DNA from: Alphaproteobacteria bacterium
Lineage (GTDB): Bacteria > Pseudomonadota > Alphaproteobacteria > CAAHEQ01 > UBA3637
Assembly (NCBI GenBank): GCA_017466695.1
Contig: JAFTTR010000002.1
Span: 70,837 to 134,836 of the forward strand
Reading direction: 5' to 3'
DNA length: 64,000 nt
Shown: piece by piece, positions 37,901-48,260 of the stretch
Layout of the letters: each line of letters begins with the position of its first letter
How positions within the stretch are numbered: position 1 is the stretch's first letter
Position numbers and translations under genes: made by a program
The notes under the pieces: generated by a model
Databases searched by the model: none
What the model was told of the DNA's origin: nothing
What the model saw: only the letters and a program-made list of their open reading frames with translations

Positions 37901-39667
37901 CTATCTAATTTTGATATGTAATTCTCTTAATTGCTTTTCAGTTACCTCGGCAGGCGCTTTCATCAACAAATCAAGCCCTTGTTGTGTGAGTGGGAAGGCA
38001 ATCACTTCTCTGATATAATCTTCATCTGTCAACAACATAACCAAACGGTCAATACCAAAAGCACACCCACCGTGTGGAGGAGCGCCAAATTTAAAGGCAT
38101 TGAGAAGACCGGAAAACTTTTGTTCCACCACTTCTGGACCATAACCTGCAATTTCAAATGCTTTGTACATCACATCTGGTCTGTGGTTACGAATAGCACC
38201 TGACAAAATTTCATACCCATTACAAACCATATCAAATTGATAAGCCATAATTTCAAGTGGGTCTTTGCTGGTCAAAGAATCCATTTCCCCTTGAGGCATT
38301 GAGAATGGGTTGTGTGAAAATTCAGGAGCGCCTGTTTCTTCATTCAACTCATACATTGGGAAATCAACAATCCAACAGAATTTGAATGCATCTTTTTCAA
38401 TCAAATCCAACTCTGTGCCCAATTTTGTACGAACAGCACCAGTAAATTTGACAACCTTGTCCCCTTTACCAGAAACAAAAAAGACGCTATCTCCCACAGT
38501 TGCACCTGTGATGTCTTTTAACATTTGAATACGATCATCATCTAAATTCTTGGCGATTGGGCCTTTATTCCCATCTTCAGCAAATGAAATATAACCAAGT
38601 CCACCAAAGCCCTCAGCTCTTGCATATTCGTTTAATTTATCAAACCAAGAGCGTGGGCGCATAGCTGTATTAGGTGTTTTTATCGCTCTGACAAAGCCAC
38701 CATTTGCAACTTGCCCAGCAAATAACCCAAAACTTGAACCATCAAATACTTTTGAAACATCTTTAATCAAAAGAGGGTTGCGTAAATCTGGCTTATCCGT
38801 CCCATATGTAAGCATAGATTCTAAATATGGAATATGCACAAAAGGAGCTGGTGTGATTTTTGCATTTGGCGCAAATTCATCAAATAAGCCATGAATAATT
38901 GGTTCAACAGTTGCAAAAATTTCATCTTGTGTAACAAAAGACATTTCAATATCTAATTGATAAAATTCCCCTGGGGATCTGTCAGCTCTTGCATCTTCAT
39001 CTCTAAAACAAGGAGCTACTTGGAAGTATCTATCAAAACCTGACACCATGAGTAATTGTTTGAATTGTTGTGGTGCTTGAGGCAAAGCGTAAAACTTGCC
39101 ATGATGCAAACGAGAAGGAACCAAAAAGTCACGAGCGCCTTCTGGGGAGGACGCTGTCAAAATAGGTGTTTGAAATTCACTAAATCCAGCTTTCCACATC
39201 CTTTCACGAATAGAGCGCACAAAAGCATTGCGAAGCAAAATATTTGCATGTGGTTTTTCACGTCTTAAATCTAAAAAGCGATAAGTGAGACGTTGTTCTT
39301 CTGACAAATCAGAAGTATCTGCCACAACCTGCATTGGAAGGACTTCAGCTTCTGATAAAACTTCAACTGCTTGAACTTGAACTTCGATTTCCCCTGTTGG
39401 CATTTTAGGGTTGACTGTTTCCTTAGCACGTAACACCACTTTCCCATCAATTTTGACAACAGATTCAGGGCGCACCTTTTCCAACACTTTAAAACAATCG
39501 CTAGATGTATCAAGAACACATTGTGTAATCCCATAATTATCACGTAAATCCACAAACAATAAATTACCGTGATCCCGTTTACGATGGACCCAACCTGACA
39601 ATCTAACTGTTTGAGCTTCATGCTCAGCTCTCAAAGCGCCGCATGTATGTGTTCTATATTGATGCAT
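37901..39667 (-). CDS. aspS: Aspartyl-tRNA synthetase (bacterial type, class II)
   Basis: 588 aa; motif 2 [30 protein letters not shown]; motif 3 [14 protein letters not shown]; N-terminal OB fold. Confidence 0.92.
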   Translation of the reverse strand: MHQYRTHTCGALRAEHEAQTVRLSGWVHRKRDHGNLLFVDLRDNYGITQCVLDTSSDCFKVLEKVRPESVVKIDGKVVLRAKETVNPKMPTGEIEVQVQAVEVLSEAEVLPMQVVADTSDLSEEQRLTYRFLDLRREKPHANILLRNAFVRSIRERMWKAGFSEFQTPILTASSPEGARDFLVPSRLHHGKFYALPQAPQQFKQLLMVSGFDRYFQVAPCFRDEDARADRSPGEFYQLDIEMSFVTQDEIFATVEPIIHGLFDEFAPNAKITPAPFVHIPYLESMLTYGTDKPDLRNPLLIKDVSKVFDGSSFGLFAGQVANGGFVRAIKTPNTAMRPRSWFDKLNEYARAEGFGGLGYISFAEDGNKGPIAKNLDDDRIQMLKDITGATVGDSVFFVSGKGDKVVKFTGAVRTKLGTELDLIEKDAFKFCWIVDFPMYELNEETGAPEFSHNPFSMPQGEMDSLTSKDPLEIMAYQFDMVCNGYEILSGAIRNHRPDVMYKAFEIAGYGPEVVEQKFSGLLNAFKFGAPPHGGCAFGIDRLVMLLTDEDYIREVIAFPLTQQGLDLLMKAPAEVTEKQLRELHIKIR

Positions 39668-39777
39668 ATTCTTCTCCTTAAATCAAATATCAATAAACCT
39701 GATAAAAATACAAAATTTTATAAAAAAAAGCAAGAAGTATTCTTCTTTAAGTACATATTTTTAACGAAATAGCTTTG

Positions 39778-40473
39778 TTATGAAAAAAGTGGCCCAGCAA
39801 TCTGCATTGTTTTATGCATTAAAAGGGTGAAATAGGCTTCAACCCCTGCCCAGCCTTTGATGGAATAACAAAACACCATACCATATTTTAAAAAGAGAAT
39901 CCCTGGTAAAAAACAGATAGTAAAAATATATCCTGCAACCCTAAAATCTGTTTGCTTAGGGTGAATGGACAAACAACTCACAATGAAGTTATACCCTAAG
40001 AAAATCCCCAACATAGAGAGGTAAAATTCAGGCACTTTCCCAGCAAAGGCAACATAAAGGGGCGTCAAAAGAACCAAAACAAACCAAAATGTTGGGAAAA
40101 AATAAGGCGCAAGAGCGATCATCCAATTCCCCTTCCCTTCAAAAGAAAAAGACCCCCCTACATCTTGATTTACATCTAACCCTCTTGGTTTATGAAATGT
40201 CAAAACGGCAAAAAGCATATGCGTTAATTCATGTTCCATAATCGCAAAAAAGGACCCTGCCAATGCCGGAATAAACAAAAATAACACACAGGTTGCTAAA
40301 AAAGGCAAAAAGAACTGTAAAATCACATCCATATTCGTCAATTTTTCAATCACGTAAATATCTGCATACAATGCTGGAACGGCTATTAACACCATCAAAA
40401 TACCAATCGGCCATTTTAATTTATCAATTATCCAATTTAAACAATGATTTATTTTTTTCATCTTCCCCACCAT
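39778..40473 (-). CDS. Polytopic membrane protein with HExxH motif (putative zinc metallopeptidase, DUF3267-like)
   Basis: MEHELTHMLFAVLTFHKP within a membrane-embedded context; about 6 hydrophobic segments. Confidence 0.4.
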   Translation of the reverse strand: MVGKMKKINHCLNWIIDKLKWPIGILMVLIAVPALYADIYVIEKLTNMDVILQFFLPFLATCVLFLFIPALAGSFFAIMEHELTHMLFAVLTFHKPRGLDVNQDVGGSFSFEGKGNWMIALAPYFFPTFWFVLVLLTPLYVAFAGKVPEFYLSMLGIFLGYNFIVSCLSIHPKQTDFRVAGYIFTICFLPGILFLKYGMVFCYSIKGWAGVEAYFTLLMHKTMQIAGPLFS

Positions 40474-40547
40474 AAAAAAAGGATTGTAATTTTAAGTTGT
40501 TTTGTTACACTATATCTAAATTAACTTAAACTTGTAAAGGATTTTTT

Positions 40548-41735
40548 ATGTCACCAGAGCTTTTTCTTCTTATTGCCGGCGCTGTGAGCGTTGTTTTAAT
40601 TATTGTAATTACCAGTCTTATTTTCAAGGTATTAGGTCAAAATAAGCCCTCTCAACCCCCTCTTCTTTCTTCAGAATTGGAGCGCCTTGAGCGTATCACA
40701 AAAGAAGATGCAAGAGCGCTTAGAGAGGAACTTGCAAAATCTTTATTAAACTTTAATGATTCCATTCGAAAAACGGTTGAAGAACGGCTGGATAAAATGA
40801 ATTTTGACAACAAACAAAAGTTGGATGAAATGCGTACAACGGTTGATGAAAAGCTCCATGTTACACTTGAAAAAAGATTGGGAGAATCTTTTTCACAAGT
40901 TTCCGAACGACTTGAAAAAGTTCATCAAGGCTTGGGAGAAATGCAACTTTTAGCCTCAGATGTAGGAGGTTTAAAACGTGTTCTATCCAATGTTAAAACA
41001 AGAGGAACTTGGGGCGAAGTGCAATTAGGTGCCTTGTTAGAACAAATGCTAACACCTGAGCAATATATTAAAAATGCACATATTGACCCTGCCTCTCAAG
41101 AGGTGGTGGAATATGCGATTAAACTGCCAGAGGGAGAGGTTCTCATTCCAATTGATTCTAAATTTCCCATTGAGGCTTATGAACGCTTGATTGATGCTGC
41201 TGAAAAAGCAGATACGTCCTTAATTGACAGCGCATCAGTAGAGCTGGAACGTCAAATCAGATTGGAAGCCAAACGTATTGCAAGCAAATATGTTTGTCCT
41301 CCAAAAACGACCGATTTTGCCATTATGTTTTTGCCAACGGAAGGACTTTATGCTGAGGTAATGAAAAAAGCCGGTCTTGCTGGAGAAATTCAAGCGAAAC
41401 ACCGTGTTTCAATTGCAGGGCCATCCACATTGGGTGCGTTTTTAAACTCCCTTCAAATGGGTTTTCGCTCCGTTTTGATTCAAAAGCGCTCTGGCGAGGT
41501 ATGGCAAACATTAAACGAGGTTAAAACCGAGTTTGAAAAATACATCTCTTGGGTTGAAAAAGTCAAACGCAACATTGAACTAACTTCCAAAACACTTGAT
41601 GAAGCAGATACAAGAACAAGAGCTATGGCAAGGCGCTTACGTCATGTTAGTGAATCTTCAACTAAAGAAACATTAAGGGATGAATTAGATATGCAATCTC
41701 TTCCCAGTAATGTGGCACAACTTCCCCTTGAATAA
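40548..41735 (+). CDS. rmuC: DNA recombination protein RmuC
   Basis: N-terminal TM followed by a long coiled coil; RmuC-core KTRGTWGEVQLGALLEQ; ~400 aa. Confidence 0.75.
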   Translation: MSPELFLLIAGAVSVVLIIVITSLIFKVLGQNKPSQPPLLSSELERLERITKEDARALREELAKSLLNFNDSIRKTVEERLDKMNFDNKQKLDEMRTTVDEKLHVTLEKRLGESFSQVSERLEKVHQGLGEMQLLASDVGGLKRVLSNVKTRGTWGEVQLGALLEQMLTPEQYIKNAHIDPASQEVVEYAIKLPEGEVLIPIDSKFPIEAYERLIDAAEKADTSLIDSASVELERQIRLEAKRIASKYVCPPKTTDFAIMFLPTEGLYAEVMKKAGLAGEIQAKHRVSIAGPSTLGAFLNSLQMGFRSVLIQKRSGEVWQTLNEVKTEFEKYISWVEKVKRNIELTSKTLDEADTRTRAMARRLRHVSESSTKETLRDELDMQSLPSNVAQLPLE

Positions 41736-41751
41736 CTTTTTAGGGCAAAGT

Positions 41752-44700
41752 CTAGCTTTCTTTTTGACCTGCAATTTCAGCCAGTTTCACTAGCATTTTG
41801 TGAACACCTTCTAATCTTGCCTTTGCCTCACCCCAAGGACGCATGACAACGAGTTTTTGATCAGGCTTAATTTGAATGGTACCCATTTGCGATTGAATAT
41901 ATTGAATAAGACCAGCAGGATTAGGAAAAATGTTTTGATAAAAAGAGATAACGGCACCTTTAGGTCCCACGTCCAGACGTTCAATGTTTGCTTTTTTTGC
42001 CAATACTTTAAGCTTTAAGGTGGCAAACAAATTTTCAACCTCCACTGGATAGGCTCCAAATCTATCCATTATTTCAGCTGAAAAAGAGTCAATTTCATCC
42101 AAATCTTCAATTAAAGAAGCTCTGTGATAAAGTTCCATCCTTAAATCTAATTCTGCCACATAATTTTGAGGGATAATAACCGGGAAACCCATTGAAATTT
42201 GAGGAGAAAAATCCTCTTCCATCACTTCTTTTTTGTTCTCTTTTAAGTTTTGAATGGCTTCATAAAGCATTTTTTGATAAAGGGCAATACCAACTTCTTT
42301 GATGTGTCCTGATTGCTCATCCCCCAACAAATTGCCAGCGCCTCTGATATCCAAATCATGGCTTGCTAAAGTAAATCCTGCTCCCAAGCTATCTAAATTT
42401 TGCATAACGGTTAAACGTTTTTCAGCCATAGCAGAAAGTTTTTTAAAAGCTGAAGTAACCAAGTAAGCATAAGCTCTAAGTTTTCCCCTACCAACACGCC
42501 CTCGCATTTGGTACAAGGCTGCTAGACCAAACATATCTGCTTTATGAATAATAATCGTATTGACAGCCTTGATATCTAACCCAGATTCGACAATGCTGGT
42601 TGCAAGGAGAACATCATATTTATGCGCTGCGAAGTCAGACATAATCTTCTCCAGCTCTTTCGCTGGCATTTGTCCATGGGCTTTAACAATTTTAATTTCA
42701 GGGAGTAACTTGCTTAAAGTTTGATAAATTTCAGGCATATCTGAAATTCTAGGGCACACATAAAAGACCTGCCCACCTCTAAAATATTCCCTTAAAATTG
42801 CCTCTTTAATAATAACACCATCAAAAGGGGTAACAAATGTTTTAACAGCCAGTCTATCCACCGGTGGCGTTGCAATCACAGATAAGGAGCGAACTCCTGA
42901 TAAAGATAATTGTAACGTTCTTGGAATAGGCGTTGCTGTCAGTGTTAACACATGAACACCTTTTTTAAGCTCCTTGAGCCTTTCCTTGTGGGTGACGCCA
43001 AAGTGCTGTTCTTCATCCACAATCACAAGCCCCAAGTTTTTGAACTTTTGCCCTTTAGACAACAAAGCATGCGTACCAATAACGATATCTAAAACACCTG
43101 TTTCAAGCTCTTTATGAACTTGTTTTGCCTTTTGTCCTGTCACCAAACGAGACAAAGTTCCAACCCTGATTGGGAACCCTTTAAACCGTTCTTGAAAGGT
43201 ATTAAAATGTTGCAATGCAAGCAATGTTGTTGGCACAATCAGTGCCACTTGCTTGCCAGCCATAGCGCACAAAAAGGCTGCTCTTAAAGCCACTTCTGTT
43301 TTACCAAAGCCAACATCCCCACACACCAATCTATCCATAGGCTTACCACTTGCCAAATCGGCTTCAATTTCTTGAATAGTTCTTGTTTGATCTTCTGTTT
43401 CAACGTAGGGAAATCTGGCACAAAATTCTTGATAAGCACCATGAGGGGCTAAAATCTTTTCTTGGCTATCCAGTTCTCTTAGAGAGGCTGTTGCAATAAG
43501 TTTTTCAGCCATCACAAGTAAATCTTTTTTTACCTTATTTTTACGGGTAATAAAACTTTGCGATCCCAAATGATCCAAAGCCACCCCTTCTGAGCCGTAT
43601 TTTGAAAGTGTTTCTAAATTCTCAACAGGGATGAACAGCTTGTCCCCTCCTTCATAAAGAAGCTCTAAACAATCGTGTACAACGTTGTTGACGTTCAAAG
43701 CCTTCAACCCTTCAAACCGGCCTACCCCATGTTTTTGGTGAACAACTAAATCGCCCACATTTAACGCACTAATATCGGTGATAAAGTTCGCCTGCTTTTG
43801 TTTTTTGGGTTTTCTGATAATCCTTTCCCCTAAAATATCTGTTTCCGTTAGGAGTAAAAAATCCTTCGCTTCAAATCCATTTTCAAATGGAGCCACCAAA
43901 ATAGAGGGCGCTTTTTTAAGCGCATCTTTGAAATTTTCAGCTTCATAAAGATGAATCCCCTTGTCCCTTAACAAACCACTTAATCGCTGAGCAGAACCAA
44001 AGCTAGAGGCTGTAAAAATCACATTTTTTTGCGCTTTTTTAACAAATTCAGCCACTTCATCAAAAACATGAGCTGGGTCTTTTAACCGAACATCAACAAA
44101 CGTTTTCCCTCTTTTTGATTTTAAATCCTCAGCATTTGGAACCATAAAAGGAGAAAAAAGTGAAAATCTTGATTTTAAAAGAGCCTCTTCAACTTCTTCT
44201 TTGGTTAAAAACATCTCTTCCTTTGGAATGGGATTATACGCTCTTTCTTGAAAAGTAAGAGGCATTTTTAACGCTTCAAGACGGGCCTCATAGTATTCGT
44301 CAATTTGTTCTAGCTTACTTTGAAAAGCCTTTTGTGTTTGAAAATCAAAAGAAAAATCAAACCCTCTTAAATATTCAAAAATCGATGTCAATTCTTGATG
44401 AAACAGGGGTAAATAATGCTCCAACCCTTCCACAAAAACACCATTAGAGACACTTTCATACAAAAAATCTGATTGTACATTTTCAAACAAGGTTCTATAC
44501 TTTGTACGAAACAAGGCAATACTTTCTTTTGTCAAAGCAAATTCGGCCATCGGTTTTAAAAGAATGAGGTTTGTTTTTTTAAGCGTTCTTTGCGTCATTT
44601 CATCAAAGAACTTAATTTCATCCACCTCATTGCCAAAAAAATCAATACGCACCGGATGATCAAATCCAGCAGGAAAAATATCCACCAATCCCCCTCGAAT

Positions 44701-45189
44701 GGCATATTCCCCTGTGTTAATCACTGTGTTCACAGATTTATAACTGTTTTTTTGTAAAAAAAGTTTCAACACATCAAAATCAATTTCTTGACCTTCTTTA
44801 AGTTCCAGCAATCGTTCTTTGAAAAACGCCTGTTGGGGCACTTTTTGAATAAGTCCTGCAGGTGTTGTCAGCACAAGAAGAGGTACATCCTTATTTTCTT
44901 GATTAGCTAAGGAACAAAGTGCTTCAATACGCTCTCCTTCAATATCAGATTTGGGAGAAACCCTGTCATAAGGGACTGTATCCCACTCTGGCAAGGTCAG
45001 AACATTCACATCTGGTGCAACAAGAGAAAGAACTTCTTTTAGAAAGGCTAAATGCACATCTGTTGGTACCACGTGACAATGCTTTTTGTTTTGTCTTAAG
45101 CACTTTTTAAGTACAAAGGCTTGATAACCCTCTTGGATGTTTGATAAGTATTTTGCTTTTTTTTCAAGCATTCCTTGTTCTTCCTTCAC
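41752..45189 (-). CDS. mfd: Transcription-repair coupling factor
   Basis: 1145 aa; UvrB-homology N-terminus; superfamily-2 helicase motifs (GDVGFGKTEVALRAAF; DEEQHFGV); TRG and C-terminal D7-like region. Confidence 0.95.
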   Translation of the reverse strand: MKEEQGMLEKKAKYLSNIQEGYQAFVLKKCLRQNKKHCHVVPTDVHLAFLKEVLSLVAPDVNVLTLPEWDTVPYDRVSPKSDIEGERIEALCSLANQENKDVPLLVLTTPAGLIQKVPQQAFFKERLLELKEGQEIDFDVLKLFLQKNSYKSVNTVINTGEYAIRGGLVDIFPAGFDHPVRIDFFGNEVDEIKFFDEMTQRTLKKTNLILLKPMAEFALTKESIALFRTKYRTLFENVQSDFLYESVSNGVFVEGLEHYLPLFHQELTSIFEYLRGFDFSFDFQTQKAFQSKLEQIDEYYEARLEALKMPLTFQERAYNPIPKEEMFLTKEEVEEALLKSRFSLFSPFMVPNAEDLKSKRGKTFVDVRLKDPAHVFDEVAEFVKKAQKNVIFTASSFGSAQRLSGLLRDKGIHLYEAENFKDALKKAPSILVAPFENGFEAKDFLLLTETDILGERIIRKPKKQKQANFITDISALNVGDLVVHQKHGVGRFEGLKALNVNNVVHDCLELLYEGGDKLFIPVENLETLSKYGSEGVALDHLGSQSFITRKNKVKKDLLVMAEKLIATASLRELDSQEKILAPHGAYQEFCARFPYVETEDQTRTIQEIEADLASGKPMDRLVCGDVGFGKTEVALRAAFLCAMAGKQVALIVPTTLLALQHFNTFQERFKGFPIRVGTLSRLVTGQKAKQVHKELETGVLDIVIGTHALLSKGQKFKNLGLVIVDEEQHFGVTHKERLKELKKGVHVLTLTATPIPRTLQLSLSGVRSLSVIATPPVDRLAVKTFVTPFDGVIIKEAILREYFRGGQVFYVCPRISDMPEIYQTLSKLLPEIKIVKAHGQMPAKELEKIMSDFAAHKYDVLLATSIVESGLDIKAVNTIIIHKADMFGLAALYQMRGRVGRGKLRAYAYLVTSAFKKLSAMAEKRLTVMQNLDSLGAGFTLASHDLDIRGAGNLLGDEQSGHIKEVGIALYQKMLYEAIQNLKENKKEVMEEDFSPQISMGFPVIIPQNYVAELDLRMELYHRASLIEDLDEIDSFSAEIMDRFGAYPVEVENLFATLKLKVLAKKANIERLDVGPKGAVISFYQNIFPNPAGLIQYIQSQMGTIQIKPDQKLVVMRPWGEAKARLEGVHKMLVKLAEIAGQKES

Positions 45190-45198
45190 TCAAACATA

Positions 45199-46566
45199 TT
45201 AAAAAAATGAAAACCCAACGGTGAACAAATTTTCAGCCTCTTTGACGTGCCCTTTTTCAACAAAAAGAAGGACGCTATCACCTGCTTTGATTTGAAAATG
45301 CTTATCTGGCAAAACAAAAATCCCTTCTCTGATAACACCAGCTAAAACAATACCTTCTGGGATTTTTAATTTTCCAATCTCTTTACTCGTGATTTTAGCT
45401 GTTTCCATCGCTTCAGCTTCAATAATTTCACCCACAACAGAACTGATGAAATAATCGTTTTTAACCCTACCTTTGCGAATGTGCTGCAAGATGGCTGAAA
45501 TTAAAACAGCATTAGGGTCAATGGCTGCATCAATACCCATTTCAAAGGTTAAATCTGAATAAAGCTGATTGTGAATAAGCGCTGTTGTTTTATCAATTTG
45601 GTTTCTTTTAGACACCAAAGAAAGTAAAATATTACTTTCATCACTTTGAGTGGTAGCAATAGCTATTTGATAATTTTTCAAATTTAAATCATCCATCAAA
45701 GCATCATCCAACCCATCCCCATGAATAACAACGGATTTATCCAATTTTTCAGCCAAATAAACGGCTCTTTCCTCTTCTTTTTCCACAACAGTTAAGTTTT
45801 TATATTTTGGCAATTGCTCCATTTGGCGCATTAATTGATACCCAACTTTTCCACCACCAAAAACAATCACACCATTTGGATCAATTTTTTGATACGCTAA
45901 GATATCTAATAATTGTTGAAAGTCATCTTTTGCCACCACAAAATAAACATCATCCAAATATCTGATTAATGCTTTTTGTAAAGGCACAAGGCGATGCCGT
46001 CTTCGAATAGCAATAACCTTCGCCCTTAACCCCTCTAACAACTGAGTAACTTCTTTTACTGTTTTTGAAAACATGGGGGAAGATTTTTTACACCTCAGAC
46101 CTATCACACGGGCTTGATCTTCAGCTAATTTGAACAAATCCACAGCTGATGATATGGTTAAACTATCCAACAAGTGCCTAGCTGTTTCCACCTCTGGGGA
46201 CAAAACCACATCTAAATTTTGAGATTTTAAATACTCCTTATATTTTGTGCTCAAATATTCATGAGAAGTAATACGTACAATGCGTTGAGGAATGTTAAAA
46301 AGTGTATGTGCCACCCCACAAGCTACAATATTTGTTTCATCATTACCAGTAACAGCCAAAAGAATATCAGCTTGTCCTGCTCCTGCTTTTTCAAGCACAG
46401 AGGGAAGTGCTGAAGAGCCTTCAATGGTTTGAATGTCTAACTGTTCACTTAAATTGCCAAGACGGTTCACATTATTATCAATTAAAACAATATCATGTTT
46501 TTCAGCTCTTAAATATTTTGCCAATCCAATACCAACTTGTCCTGCCCCTGCAATAATAATTCGCAT
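45199..46566 (-). CDS. trkA: Trk potassium uptake system NAD-binding protein TrkA (tandem RCK domains)
   Basis: MRIIIAGAGQVGIGLAKYL Rossmann fold; second RCK-N with VIVFGGGKVGYQLMRQM; 455 aa. Confidence 0.88.
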   Translation of the reverse strand: MRIIIAGAGQVGIGLAKYLRAEKHDIVLIDNNVNRLGNLSEQLDIQTIEGSSALPSVLEKAGAGQADILLAVTGNDETNIVACGVAHTLFNIPQRIVRITSHEYLSTKYKEYLKSQNLDVVLSPEVETARHLLDSLTISSAVDLFKLAEDQARVIGLRCKKSSPMFSKTVKEVTQLLEGLRAKVIAIRRRHRLVPLQKALIRYLDDVYFVVAKDDFQQLLDILAYQKIDPNGVIVFGGGKVGYQLMRQMEQLPKYKNLTVVEKEEERAVYLAEKLDKSVVIHGDGLDDALMDDLNLKNYQIAIATTQSDESNILLSLVSKRNQIDKTTALIHNQLYSDLTFEMGIDAAIDPNAVLISAILQHIRKGRVKNDYFISSVVGEIIEAEAMETAKITSKEIGKLKIPEGIVLAGVIREGIFVLPDKHFQIKAGDSVLLFVEKGHVKEAENLFTVGFSFF

Positions 46567-46579
46567 ATTGTCTCCTTTT

Positions 46580-47500
46580 TTATTTTAATTGAGAGAAAAA
46601 ATCTTTTATCATTTTTTGAACTTTGTCAACACTCTTTTCTTGATAAATCTGATTTAAAAACAAGGCTCGCTCTTCAAAACCTGACGCATACCAAGCCAGG
46701 TGTTTTCTGGCAACCAATAACCCATGCATTCCATAGTACGAAAGCATCAAATCCAAGTGCTCCAAAATCAAGTCAGATAACTGAAATTTAGGAACACTCA
46801 ACCCGTCAATTTCAGCCATAATCCAAGGTTTGCCTAGCAACCCTCTACCTATCATAATGCCATCAGCTTGTGTGATTTTTAGCATTTCTTCAGCCGTTTT
46901 TTGATCCACAACATCTCCATTTGCAATCACAGGGATTGAAAGAGCTTGTTTCACAGCTTTAATGGCATCTTTATTCACAGGACCACTGTATCCTGCGTGT
47001 TTTGTCCTTCCATGAATGGTCACTCGATCAGCTCCAGCTCTTTCAAGCGCTTTGGCAAAAGACACAACATTGATATTATCTTCATCCCAGCCGATACGTG
47101 TTTTAACCGAAACAGGTACATCTCCAGCATTTTTTTTGACCACTTCAACCAAATGACAAGCCTCTTTTTCATCTTTCATCAAAGAAGCCCCTGACCCATT
47201 GGTAATAAGCTTTTTAACAGGACAACCCATGTTAATATCAATCCCCTTTGCCCCATAAAAAAGCGCCTCTTTCGTAGCATGCACCATATATTTTTCTTCA
47301 ATCCCCACCAACTGCACAATGATATTCTTTTCATCTGAAATATGAAGCATTTTGCGTGTCACATGGTGGTTGTGGAATAACGTTGAAATACCAATCATCT
47401 CCGTGTACAAGGGTCTTGAAGTGAACTTTCTTAAAATCAAGCGAAATGGTTTATCCGAAATGCCAGCCATAGGGGCTGAAAAGAGAAGTTTATCTTTCAT
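46580..47500 (-). CDS. dusB: tRNA-dihydrouridine synthase (Dus family; DusB/NifR3-like)
   Basis: MAGISDKPFRLI; NMGCPVKK catalytic Cys loop; TIM-barrel size ~306 aa. Confidence 0.85.
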   Translation of the reverse strand: MKDKLLFSAPMAGISDKPFRLILRKFTSRPLYTEMIGISTLFHNHHVTRKMLHISDEKNIIVQLVGIEEKYMVHATKEALFYGAKGIDINMGCPVKKLITNGSGASLMKDEKEACHLVEVVKKNAGDVPVSVKTRIGWDEDNINVVSFAKALERAGADRVTIHGRTKHAGYSGPVNKDAIKAVKQALSIPVIANGDVVDQKTAEEMLKITQADGIMIGRGLLGKPWIMAEIDGLSVPKFQLSDLILEHLDLMLSYYGMHGLLVARKHLAWYASGFEERALFLNQIYQEKSVDKVQKMIKDFFSQLK

Positions 47501-48181
47501 TTAGGCTCCTTCATAACTTTCATTTGTTATTTTGACAGCCTTTTGAACTTTAACCTTTTCAGCCAAACGCTTTAAATCTGGTGAGCGTTCTTGTAAATTT
47601 TTTTCATTTGGGAACATTTGTTTCATTGCTTTTAAAAACCAGTCATAGGCTTTTTGATATTCTTCATTAGCCTCATACAAAAAAGCAACTTTCATCTGAG
47701 CAGGAGCATATGAGCTTTTCGCCGCTTTTAAATAATAATACATTGCCTTTTCATCATCTTTTTGAATCCACTTATTTTCCTCATAAATTTCTGCCAATCG
47801 CATAGCTGATTCAATATGCCCCTTTTCAGCTGCTTTTTTATAAAAAGCAACAGCTTTTTGTGGATTTACAGACGTATATTCCCCTTTTTCATAAGCTTGT
47901 GCAATGATGTATTGGCTATCCCTATCGCCATAATCGGCCAATCTTGCATGAAATGCCATATCCCAATACCCCTCATCTTTTACCCCCACAAGATCAGAGT
48001 ACTGTTCTTGATAATCTTTTAAAAAGCGTCTTTTTTCCAACTGTTTTTTGTTATGCGCTTGCAAGGCTTGAATTTCAGCCTCTTCCACCTTTGTCAATGA
48101 GCCTGCTTGTACAGGAGTTTTTCCCCCACTTATAAGAAAAAAACAAGCTAAGATTAAATAAAAAAGTTTCTTTTTCATCAT
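47501..48181 (-). CDS. Secreted Sel1-repeat (TPR-like) protein
   Basis: Signal peptide MMKKKLFYLILACFFLISGGKTPVQA; Sel1-like repeats (AVAFYKKAAEKGHIESAMRLAEIYE; AMYYYLKAAKSSYAPAQMKVAFLYE). Confidence 0.6.
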   Translation of the reverse strand: MMKKKLFYLILACFFLISGGKTPVQAGSLTKVEEAEIQALQAHNKKQLEKRRFLKDYQEQYSDLVGVKDEGYWDMAFHARLADYGDRDSQYIIAQAYEKGEYTSVNPQKAVAFYKKAAEKGHIESAMRLAEIYEENKWIQKDDEKAMYYYLKAAKSSYAPAQMKVAFLYEANEEYQKAYDWFLKAMKQMFPNEKNLQERSPDLKRLAEKVKVQKAVKITNESYEGA

Positions 48182-48260
48182 TTTTATGGTATTTATAGAA
48201 TAAAAATTAATTTATCAACTGTACTATAGCAGAAGAATTAGAAAAAGGAAACAAAAAAGA

